From Methanobacteriota archaeon (GTDB lineage: Archaea; Methanobacteriota; Methanobacteria; Methanobacteriales; Methanobacteriaceae): 64,000 nucleotides of DNA. Below the pieces are notes generated by a model. The model made no database searches, was not told the DNA's origin, and saw nothing but the letters and a program-made list of their open reading frames with translations. Position 1 is the first letter of the stretch, and each line of letters begins with the position of its first letter. Position numbers and translations under genes: made by a program. Shown one piece after another: positions 1 to 8,799 of this stretch. The stretch lies in the NCBI GenBank assembly GCA_963787255.1, contig CAWBCJ010000018.1:64001-128000 (forward strand), in the 5' to 3' direction.

Positions 1-740
1 AGGTAAAATGAGCTGGAAAGAGATGGTCTTAAAAGAAGATCTGGAAATGATGGAAAAGTATCATTATATGCGTAGAAATGATATGGAAACTCCACCTGAA
101 AATTATGAAGCTCAATTAATAGATAAAGAAGGCAATATCAGGATTGTTTTAATTAATGTGGCTATGATTCCTGGAACAAAAAGGAGCATAGCTTCTCTTC
201 TTGATTTAACAGAACGTAAAGAGATTGAAAAAGAATTGGCAGACAGTGAAAGAAGATATAGGTATATAGTTGAAAAAGCTACTGCAGGAATGTTTATTTT
301 AGATAAAAATGGTATAATCAAATATTTAAATGAGCATATGGCTCAAATGCTGGATTATACAAAAAATGAAATGTTAGAAAGACATATAAAAAGTTTTGTC
401 GATGAAGAAGAAGACTTTTTGTAGGTCTAGAAAACCATTTGAAATCCAAACAGAACGATATAATTGGTTTAAATTTTTAGATAAGGAAGGAAATGTATTT
501 TGGTCAAATTTAACAGTTTCACCAATTTTCAATTCTAAAAAGGAATATACTGGATTGCTTGGAATTGTATCTGATGTTAATATGCAGAAAGGATTAGAAG
601 AAGCATTTTTAGAAAGAGAAGAAATATTCACAGATATTATTTATGATATGATGGAAATGCTCAATAATATTGCAAATGACAAAAATAAATCTGAATTCAA
701 TGAAAAAGTATCTACTCATAAAAATTTGGATAATAATTAA
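1..740 (+). pseudogene. Multi-PAS sensor protein, 5'-truncated by the window edge, with a +1 frameshift at the T run near 416-420
   Basis: ORF 8..424 has PAS/PAC motifs (DLTERKEIEKELADSERRYRYIVE) and ORF 396..740 continues the PAC (DKEGNVFWSNLTVSPI...GIVSDV). Removing one T from GACTTTTTGTAGG joins them as ...EEEDFCRSRK... Confidence 0.75.
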
Positions 741-803
741 TTTTATATACCTTTTAAATATATTTATAGTACATAAATGTTAGATTATTAAAAGGTTATT
801 ATT

Positions 804-1940
804 ATGGAAGAAGCAAATTTAGAAATTATGAATGATCCTTATTTTAAAAATTTTATAAAAAGTAGAAGGCTCTCTGAATCAACTGAAAGAGTATATACTG
901 GAAGGTTAAGATCTTTTTTTGATTTTGTAGGTAAAAATCCGTCTGAATTAATTAAAGAAGCTCAAAAAGAAAGCAGACGAAAAATAGATGAATATTTCCA
1001 TGATTACATAGAAAATCTGAAAAAAAGTGGAAAATCATCGAATACCATCATTAATCGAGTAGATACTGTTAAAGCATTTTATAATGAGTATGATATTGAT
1101 ACAGAAAGTATAAATCGTATAATATCTCCTGAAACGGATAATTTAACTCCTAACAAGATTATATCTCAAGATCAGATTAAGGAAGCTCTTGAATTAAGTA
1201 GCTTAAGGGATAAAGCTATTATTTTGCTTCACATGTCTTCAGGTATGGAAGCCACCGAATTAAGATATCTAACTTATGGGGATTTTATTAATTCTATTGA
1301 AGAATACATAGATTTAAAGCCTGAAGAAAGATTTAATGTGAATAAAATAGCAGATAAGCTTTTTAAAATGGATGAAGTTGTTGGAACCTGGAAAATAGAA
1401 AAAAATAGGACTGGAAAACCTTATGTCACTTTTAACAGTCCGGAATCAACTAAGGCTATCTTAAGCTATTTAATAGATAGAGAAAGGAAAAATAAACCTA
1501 TTAAATCACTAAAAGATCCACTTTTTGTTAATTCCCAAAATCAAGCCTTAAATGTTTCTGCTCATGGTTCTATTTTTAAACGTGTGAATAATAGGGCTAA
1601 TTTTGGTTATTTAACTAAAAAAAGAAGATTTTTTTCTTCAACAATGCTTCGAAAGTATTTTAAAACTAAATTATATGAATCTGGAGTAGATGAAAAGATA
1701 GTAAACGCTATTTTAGGTCAAAAATTGGATATGAATATAGATTATCATTCAGATGCTGAAATAGCTGTTCTTAAAGATAAATATCTTGACGCATTAGGAA
1801 ATTTATCCTTAGAAAAAGCTAATAAAGAAACAGTGTCCAGTGAAGAGTATAAAAAGCTTATTAAAAAGCTTAATGAGAAAGATAAAGAATTAGAAGAAAT
1901 TAAAAAACATTTAAACCATATAAAACAAATCATTGAGTAA
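804..1940 (+). CDS. Tyrosine recombinase/integrase-family protein with degenerate catalytic motifs
   Basis: SAM-like N-terminus (LSESTERVY), box I RDKAIILLHMSSGMEATEL, box II FSSTMLRKYF...ILGQK, C-terminal coiled coil. Confidence 0.85.
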   Translation: MEEANLEIMNDPYFKNFIKSRRLSESTERVYTGRLRSFFDFVGKNPSELIKEAQKESRRKIDEYFHDYIENLKKSGKSSNTIINRVDTVKAFYNEYDIDTESINRIISPETDNLTPNKIISQDQIKEALELSSLRDKAIILLHMSSGMEATELRYLTYGDFINSIEEYIDLKPEERFNVNKIADKLFKMDEVVGTWKIEKNRTGKPYVTFNSPESTKAILSYLIDRERKNKPIKSLKDPLFVNSQNQALNVSAHGSIFKRVNNRANFGYLTKKRRFFSSTMLRKYFKTKLYESGVDEKIVNAILGQKLDMNIDYHSDAEIAVLKDKYLDALGNLSLEKANKETVSSEEYKKLIKKLNEKDKELEEIKKHLNHIKQIIE

Positions 1941-2193
1941 GAAATAATTAATTTCATTATTTTCAATGATTTAATATTCATTTTTATCCATATTAACGCA
2001 AAATATTATTCACTGTAGCTAAGACTTATAGGACGTATTAATTCTTGCTTCTTTAATTTAAAAATAGTTATTTAAAAGGTTTGTTTTTTTTAGTTAATTA
2101 GGTTATGATTTTTTTTTATTAATCTTTTTAAGGTAACCACAAAAAATTATATGTATTAATTCCTTCAACAAAGTTTAGTGGAGGGTTAAAAGA

Positions 2194-2916
2194 ATGGAAA
2201 ATGCCATTGAAATATCATCTTTAACCAAGGAATTTGGAGACTTTAAGGCTTTAAATGATTTAAACCTTAAGGTGAAAAAAGGGGAAATTTATGGGTTACT
2301 CGGACCGAATGGGGCTGGAAAAACCACTGTTATCAAGGTATTATGCGGTCTTTTAGAGCCTTCCTCTGGCGAAGCATGTGTACTTGGAAATAAGATTCCT
2401 GATAAAAATATTTCTTCTCGTATTGGTTATATGCCTCAAGAGACTGCACTTTATGTTGGTTTAACTGTGCATCAAAATATGGAGTTTTATGGTAATTTAT
2501 TTGGCATTAAAAAGGATAAGTTCATTGAAAAAGAAAAGGAACTTCTCCAATTTGTAGACCTTTACGACTGGAGAAATGAACTTGTTCAAAACTTAAGTGG
2601 TGGAATGAAGCACAGGGCATCACTTGCCTGCACATTAATACACGAGCCAGAACTTTTATTTTTAGATGAACCAACTGTAGGGGTTGATCCTGAGCTTAGA
2701 ATTTCATTTTGGGATTATTTCAATAAATTAAAGGGTGAAGGAAAAACTATTTTGATTACAACTCATTATATGGACGAAGCAAGAAGGTGCGATAGAGTTG
2801 GATTTATGAATTATGGAAAACTCATTGCGGAAGGCACGCCCCAGGAACTTCTTCATCAGGCAGGAACTGATTCACTTGAAGATGCATTTTTAAAATTTTC
2901 AAGAGAGGAGAAATAA
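2194..2916 (+). CDS. ABC-2 type transporter ATP-binding protein
   Basis: Walker A GPNGAGKT, LSGGM signature, Walker B LFLDEP, H-loop TTH; GGAGG RBS. Confidence 0.95.
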   Translation: MENAIEISSLTKEFGDFKALNDLNLKVKKGEIYGLLGPNGAGKTTVIKVLCGLLEPSSGEACVLGNKIPDKNISSRIGYMPQETALYVGLTVHQNMEFYGNLFGIKKDKFIEKEKELLQFVDLYDWRNELVQNLSGGMKHRASLACTLIHEPELLFLDEPTVGVDPELRISFWDYFNKLKGEGKTILITTHYMDEARRCDRVGFMNYGKLIAEGTPQELLHQAGTDSLEDAFLKFSREEK

Positions 2917-2919
2917 AAT

Positions 2920-4059
2920 ATGAAACTTTACAGGGTTCTTGCTGTTACACGCAGGGTTTTCAGCGACATAAGGAATGATAAACGCACTCTGGCACTTGTT
3001 TTTGTGGCCCCTATATTTGCAATGTTTGTATTTGGCCTTGCTTTCAGCGGAGATGTTGAAAATGTTCATGTAATCGTTGTAAACCATGATAAAGGATTTA
3101 CCGTTCCTGGAGGAAATTTTACATCTCTTTCAGATGAGATAATATCTAATCTGGATCAAAACACGTTGGATATTACGTATATGGATAGTAATGAACTCGC
3201 TGTTGATCAAGTTGAAAAAGGTAAAGCTTATGCAGTTATAATCTTTCCAGAAAAATTTACGGAGAATGTTTATACAAAAGTTAGAAATCCTAACTCTTCA
3301 GTAAACACCCAAATTACTATAAGAGCAGATGAAAGTGTTGTTAACATTAAAAATGCCATATATGGTGCAGTAACTGATGCACTTACCACAACATTGAATG
3401 AGGAGGGATTTAAATCTCCAATTACAATTAACTCATATGCAGTTTATGGAAGTAATGCACAGTTCATTGATTTCTTTGTCCCGGGAATAATGGCTTTTGT
3501 TGTTTACCTTTTAACCACACTACTTACACTTATCACATTTGTGGGAGAGCGAGTTAACGGTACTTTGGAACGTCTTCTAGCAACTCCTTTAACAGAAGGA
3601 GAAATTGTAGCAGGTTATGGAATAACATTCAGTATACTGGGCACAATACAGGCTGCATTACTTTTAATAATAGGCATTCTAGTTTTCAACATAATGGTTG
3701 TTGGAAATGTAATTTATGCATTCATTACAATTGCTCTTTTAGCCATTGTATGTCAATCATTGGGAATACTACTTTCTAGTCTTGCCAAAAGAATTGAACA
3801 GGCAATTCAGTTCCTGCCATTCGTTATTTTACCTGCATTCTTACTTTCGGGTATTTTTTGGCCAATAGAGGCTATTCCTGTATGGCTCAGGCCTTTATCT
3901 TACCTTGTTCCTCCAACATATGCTGTAGATGCTAATAGGGCTGTAATGCTTAAAGGTTGGGGACTGAATATGATATGGCCAGATATAGTAGCATTGATTC
4001 TTTTCGCTATTGTCTTTCTAGCACTGGCAGTCTGGTCATTAAAGCGTAAAGAGAGTTAA
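2920..4059 (+). CDS. ABC-2 type transporter permease
   Basis: N-terminal TM, extracellular domain, ERVNGTLERLLATP motif, multiple C-terminal TMs; 3 bp after the ATPase. Confidence 0.92.
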   Translation: MKLYRVLAVTRRVFSDIRNDKRTLALVFVAPIFAMFVFGLAFSGDVENVHVIVVNHDKGFTVPGGNFTSLSDEIISNLDQNTLDITYMDSNELAVDQVEKGKAYAVIIFPEKFTENVYTKVRNPNSSVNTQITIRADESVVNIKNAIYGAVTDALTTTLNEEGFKSPITINSYAVYGSNAQFIDFFVPGIMAFVVYLLTTLLTLITFVGERVNGTLERLLATPLTEGEIVAGYGITFSILGTIQAALLLIIGILVFNIMVVGNVIYAFITIALLAIVCQSLGILLSSLAKRIEQAIQFLPFVILPAFLLSGIFWPIEAIPVWLRPLSYLVPPTYAVDANRAVMLKGWGLNMIWPDIVALILFAIVFLALAVWSLKRKES

Positions 4060-4151
4060 AATTTAGTGAAGATATTTTTTTTGTCTATTTTTATGTTATT
4101 TAGTTGCTAATTAGAAAAGATTTAAATATTTTAAAAGAAGGATTAAATTAC

Positions 4152-4307
4152 ATGAAGACTGCAAAATTAATTGTATACTTATGCGCGGCTGTACTGGTAA
4201 TATTAGGTGTTTACAGCTTGCTTATCACTAAAGATATTTATTCAGGCATCATATGGACAGTTATAGGTATATTTTTCTTTATTTTAGGAACAATAAAGGT
4301 TAAATAA
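4152..4307 (+). CDS. Small two-TM membrane protein
   Basis: ATG at 4152 after AGGA; two hydrophobic helices. Confidence 0.6.
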   Translation: MKTAKLIVYLCAAVLVILGVYSLLITKDIYSGIIWTVIGIFFFILGTIKVK

Positions 4308-4312
4308 TATTT

Positions 4313-5218
4313 TTATTTAATAGCATAGGGATTATAAAAAAGCCTTCTAAATCCTAAATAAATTAAAAGTTTATTTTCTATAATTATTTCTCTTTTTTTA
4401 AGAAATATTCGGCGAATCAGGTCTCCAAGACCTCCTCCAGTAATTACATCCATTACAAAATCTCCAAAATAAGGATTAGGGATTTCAAGCTTCTCTTTCA
4501 TGAATTTTTTTAAGTTATTTCTTCTTATAAATGCTATTAACAGTGATGAAAGAACAAAAAGAAGCAGCACACCTAAAAAGCTTCCAATATTTGCACCAAT
4601 ACCCGAAATATTTCCTAATACTCCTCCAAAAAGTGCATATGATATTCCAAGCCCCACGGCGAATGAATGGTTCCCGACTTCACCCATCATTATTTTTCCC
4701 ATGTAATCTAATGGAGCATAGCCGATACATGCGGCTAAAACTATCATTGGAATGAAATAACCTCCATAACCCGCTAAAAACATTGAAGAAATTACAATAA
4801 TACACATTATAATAACTGTAGAACAAGCAGAGCCCGGCTGCATATCTGAAATGTTAAATGGTTGTATCATCAACGCGATTAGTATGGATGCAGGTCCAAA
4901 ATAAAAAAATCCTAATACAGCAACAATCAGCATTCCTATGCCTCTTGAAAGTTGTCCAATCTCAAAAGGCAAACCTTTAATTCTTTTCCTACCTAAAACA
5001 TCATCAATTAAAGCAAAAATACCAATTACAGCAATAAGATAACTGAAAGGTTGATTTATAAATAATATCAGTACTATAAACGGTGCAATACCCACAGCTC
5101 GTGGTGTTCCACCTCTTATGGTGGTATATAAACTGCTGCCGCTTTTTTGAATAATCCATTTAAACAGTAATGTCAAAATGGCAGATATTAGAAATGCAAG
5201 AATGATTTCTGTATACAT
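4313..5218 (-). CDS. MraY/glycosyltransferase family 4-like membrane protein (putative pseudomurein biosynthesis)
   Basis: GTPRAVG, ALIDDVLG, NISDMQPG and KIMMGEVG resemble MraY/WecA loops; multi-TM. Confidence 0.75.
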   Translation of the reverse strand: MYTEIILAFLISAILTLLFKWIIQKSGSSLYTTIRGGTPRAVGIAPFIVLILFINQPFSYLIAVIGIFALIDDVLGRKRIKGLPFEIGQLSRGIGMLIVAVLGFFYFGPASILIALMIQPFNISDMQPGSACSTVIIMCIIVISSMFLAGYGGYFIPMIVLAACIGYAPLDYMGKIMMGEVGNHSFAVGLGISYALFGGVLGNISGIGANIGSFLGVLLLFVLSSLLIAFIRRNNLKKFMKEKLEIPNPYFGDFVMDVITGGGLGDLIRRIFLKKREIIIENKLLIYLGFRRLFYNPYAIK

Positions 5219-5285
5219 TAATTCACCTATTATAAAATAGAAAAAGAAGGTATATTAAATTATGTTAAATTATTGAAATTCAAAT

Positions 5286-5972
5286 CTATAATTTATCTAA
5301 TACATTTATAAACTGACTAGCATCAGAGTACTTTTTATCGTATGAGTCCTTTTTATAAGTTTCATATACCATAGCACGAATTCCTGCATTTGAAATTGGT
5401 TTTGTAACGTATAATGGACTTGATCCCCCTGGAGAATATATTTTTAAAAATGGCATCTTCTGGGTAATATTTTTTAAATAATTAATTGTTTCATTATCCT
5501 TGGATATAGGATATATGAATCGGGGGTATTTATAACCGGTTTCCTTCCATAAATCTTCATGAATATCTACAACAAGTTTGGGTTTGGTTTTTATAACGTC
5601 AGGCACCACGATTTTATTAGCTATTAACTGACCGTTCATTCTACCTATAGTGAAATGCAAAGGGCTTTTTGTTATATGAATCTTGTAAAGGATGTATTTT
5701 TTAGATAAAAATCGTGATTTATCCTTTAATGCAGCTGCAGTAGCATTATGAAACTCAAATTCACGTGGATGAACGCCGGTAATTATTGCAATGGTTTCTT
5801 CAGAATTCTGATTTCCATAAACTTCTTTTTCAGCCCATCCGTAGCTTTTATTTCCTAGAATCTCTACTGAACTTTTATTTTCTAAAAAATTAGCATTCCA
5901 ACTTGCTTCAACAATTGAGAAAGCTAAAATGAGAAATAGAGTAAATAGAATAATTCCATTTATCTTTTTTAT
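5286..5972 (-). CDS. Secreted M14-like zinc carboxypeptidase/deacylase, 228 aa, probable ATA start
   Basis: Frame is open 312 nt upstream of the tracked TTG and encodes a signal peptide (KKINGIILFTLFLILAFSIVEA) and ITGVHPRE; DIHE and YET follow. GGAGG lies 7 nt before the ATA at 5972. Confidence 0.75.
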   Translation of the reverse strand: MKKINGIILFTLFLILAFSIVEASWNANFLENKSSVEILGNKSYGWAEKEVYGNQNSEETIAIITGVHPREFEFHNATAAALKDKSRFLSKKYILYKIHITKSPLHFTIGRMNGQLIANKIVVPDVIKTKPKLVVDIHEDLWKETGYKYPRFIYPISKDNETINYLKNITQKMPFLKIYSPGGSSPLYVTKPISNAGIRAMVYETYKKDSYDKKYSDASQFINVLDKL

Positions 5973-6119
5973 TTATATTCCTCCAAAAAATATTAAAATA
6001 TCGTATCTATTCAGGATTTAATAAGTTTTGCTTTTTAAATTTTCAATATAAAAGAGTCAATAAATTGATTATATTTTAATAAACGCAAAAAAAATGATTC
6101 TGAAATTAACATTACATTT

Positions 6120-7343
6120 TTAAGGCCCAAAATGCCCTTCATCTGTTTGAACAATCACGGTTTCCAGACCAGTATTGTTTAAAATTTCTTTAATTTCAAT
6201 CATTTCCTTCACTGATGGTCTAATAAGACCTTTTCTTCTGAATTCTGGCCTATAATCAAGTACGCAAACTTGAACATCAGATTTGAGGTTAAAAATCATT
6301 TTTCCCATTTTTTCTATTTCTTCTATTGATATAAGCGCAGCATTGTAGGGTATTCCAATTCCCAAAAATACATCTTTAAAATAATTATCAATTATGTATT
6401 GAACCGCATCCCATGAAGTTTTAAGGTACTTTTCTGCAAGCTTTTCATCATTTAAACCGGTTACGTCCATGTAAGTTGAAACGTTTAAAGCTTTTAAATC
6501 TATTCCAATATCTGTCATTCCAGCTATTACCAATTCATCTATGTAATCTGGAGTTAATATTGTTCCATTAGTATCAACATGGATATTAACGCTATTATCT
6601 TGACTTTTAATGGATTTAATTATTTCAAGTAGCCATTTTCTATTCAATGTACTTTCGCCGCCGGAAATTGTTATTCTATCCACTTCGTAATTTTCTTTTA
6701 AACCTAAAAGTATCTGCGAAGCTTCATAAGGTTCAATTAAATGGCCCCCTGCTGTGAAAGCTGTCTTAAAATTCTGACACTGTGGACATCTAAGATTACA
6801 GCCATGGGTAAATCCAACGACTTCAACAGGGCCTTTAATACTCTTAACCCAGTAAGGCGTTCCTACTCCACCTACAGAATGAACTCCAAAACCACTTACT
6901 ACCCTTAAAACAGGAAATTTTTCTTCATTTAACTCTGTTTCTATTTCCATTCCATCTCTTAATGGGGTAACACATGCTGGAGATATTCTTCCATTTACCT
7001 TAACAATGCATGCCCAACATCCACCGCAGTCGCAGGGTACAAACAAACCATTTTCTTTTTGTTTAAAATTGGGGAATTTACTTATGTGTACACCGGCAGC
7101 ATTTACAGCATCTTTAACAGTTCCAGAAGCCAATATTTCTTTATCATTTACAAAAACTTTTATTCTTTCATCTAGAGATTCTGCTAAGACTAATGCTTCC
7201 TCTGGACAGGCTATTGTACATGCACCGCATCCAATGCACCGACGTGTTTCTATAGCTCCCTTTACATTTCCTGCAGGACAATCTACAATGTTTTTACATA
7301 TATCACATCCACTGCATTTTTCCATGATTAGTTTTGCAGTCAT
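6120..7343 (-). CDS. Radical SAM protein (PFL-activase-like) with N-terminal ferredoxin domains
   Basis: CNLRCPQC, SGGE and DTNG motifs; N-terminal CxxCxxC...CP twice and CDCGGCWAC...C. Confidence 0.85.
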   Translation of the reverse strand: MTAKLIMEKCSGCDICKNIVDCPAGNVKGAIETRRCIGCGACTIACPEEALVLAESLDERIKVFVNDKEILASGTVKDAVNAAGVHISKFPNFKQKENGLFVPCDCGGCWACIVKVNGRISPACVTPLRDGMEIETELNEEKFPVLRVVSGFGVHSVGGVGTPYWVKSIKGPVEVVGFTHGCNLRCPQCQNFKTAFTAGGHLIEPYEASQILLGLKENYEVDRITISGGESTLNRKWLLEIIKSIKSQDNSVNIHVDTNGTILTPDYIDELVIAGMTDIGIDLKALNVSTYMDVTGLNDEKLAEKYLKTSWDAVQYIIDNYFKDVFLGIGIPYNAALISIEEIEKMGKMIFNLKSDVQVCVLDYRPEFRRKGLIRPSVKEMIEIKEILNNTGLETVIVQTDEGHFGP

Positions 7344-7383
7344 ATTATTCCCCGATTTGAATTATTTATATAAATTAGTTTTA

Positions 7384-8445
7384 TTATCTAACACTATACC
7401 TTAATAGCCCTGCTATTCCACCTAAAGCTCCAAGTTGCTTCCCGCCTTCATGTTCACTGCTTACAACCATCACTTTACCTCCTGTATTTTCTACAAGGTT
7501 CATGATTTTTTCTATTTCTTCCTTGCGGACCATATTATCTAGTACAAGTAAATTTTCCACGGCACCGGCATTGGAAGCATTTTCTACATCTGATTTCCCA
7601 TAAGCCACCATATTAGAAGACTTTCCAATTTCTTCTAAAACTTTATTCATTAGCCTCATTTCTTGAGCAATACGACCCTCTGCAGCCATCTGTTCGATTG
7701 TGCCTTTTTTTAACACTTCCTGTATTCCCACACGCCCTCCGGTCCCTGTATTTTCTACACCTGATATTTTAGCTAATTTGGGGTATTTTTCAGCTAAAAA
7801 ATCGTAAAAGTCACCTTTAGTAAATCCAGGGCCTGCAATAACGATACCTTGAATGTCTTCAAAAGTCTGGAGTGTTTTTGCTACTTCATTATAGAAATTG
7901 GTTATATTTTTACCTCTATCCTTTTGTATATTCATTTTTCCAGATATTCCACCTATAATGGGCCCATAATAGTCTATTCCATACTGTTTTATAATTCCTA
8001 AATCGGCCACATCGTCTTCAATGGCTACAATAATTGCTGAAGGTTTTTTAGAAGAATCTACAGCAGTTTTAAGCCTTTTAATTGCCCATCTTGACCATTT
8101 TTCCTTTGTTATTTTCACTGGAATTTTAAGCTTTAAATCAATGGTGTGGTGAGTTCCTAGGGGAACTAGATCCTCAGGACCTTTTTCTATTATCCCTGTT
8201 GCCCTTAGTTTACCTGTGTATTTATGAAAGCTTATGCTTTCCACTCTGATTCCCATAAAAAATGTTTTTTTTATACCTCGATCACTTCTAAGCCGTTCTC
8301 CCGTTGAATCCTGTATTCTACGGGTTGTTCTGGATGATACTAAATCTCCAGGTTCGATTATATGTGATAAATGCCATAAATCGTCCAGAGTTTCTGGAAC
8401 AAGTTCAATGAGTCCTCTTTTAGTATCTTGATGAGCAATGCGCAT
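7384..8445 (-). CDS. pelA: Pelota (Dom34) ribosome rescue factor
   Basis: PETLDDLWHL, AGPGF, SSEHEGGKQLGALGGIAGLLRY. Confidence 0.96.
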   Translation of the reverse strand: MRIAHQDTKRGLIELVPETLDDLWHLSHIIEPGDLVSSRTTRRIQDSTGERLRSDRGIKKTFFMGIRVESISFHKYTGKLRATGIIEKGPEDLVPLGTHHTIDLKLKIPVKITKEKWSRWAIKRLKTAVDSSKKPSAIIVAIEDDVADLGIIKQYGIDYYGPIIGGISGKMNIQKDRGKNITNFYNEVAKTLQTFEDIQGIVIAGPGFTKGDFYDFLAEKYPKLAKISGVENTGTGGRVGIQEVLKKGTIEQMAAEGRIAQEMRLMNKVLEEIGKSSNMVAYGKSDVENASNAGAVENLLVLDNMVRKEEIEKIMNLVENTGGKVMVVSSEHEGGKQLGALGGIAGLLRYSVR

Positions 8446-8799
8446 TTAATACACCATTTTAATCTTTAAATCTAATATTTTATCAATTTATTCAAAACTT
8501 TAGCGAATTATAAAAATCAATTTATTATTCTTTTCTATATTAAATAGCAATTAAATAATTTATTATTTTATTATATTAAATTGCAGAACATTTTCAATAG
8601 TATTATTTCTAGTTATTCAAAGTCAGCTTTGCTTATACATTTTGACTTGTTTATCCTCATGTATTCTTTTTCATTCATTGTTGTTTCAAAACTCTGTAAA
8701 TTAAAACAATGGAAAGAGAAAAAATATTATTTAGTTTATTAATATGATATTATATTGAGGGATTGTAAATAAATAGGGAAAGAAACAGAGATTTTTTAT

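Noticed and set aside
740-4307. Integrated element or prophage around the integrase-like gene
   Set aside because: No tRNA, att-like direct repeat, replication or structural genes; neighbours are ordinary transport and signalling genes.
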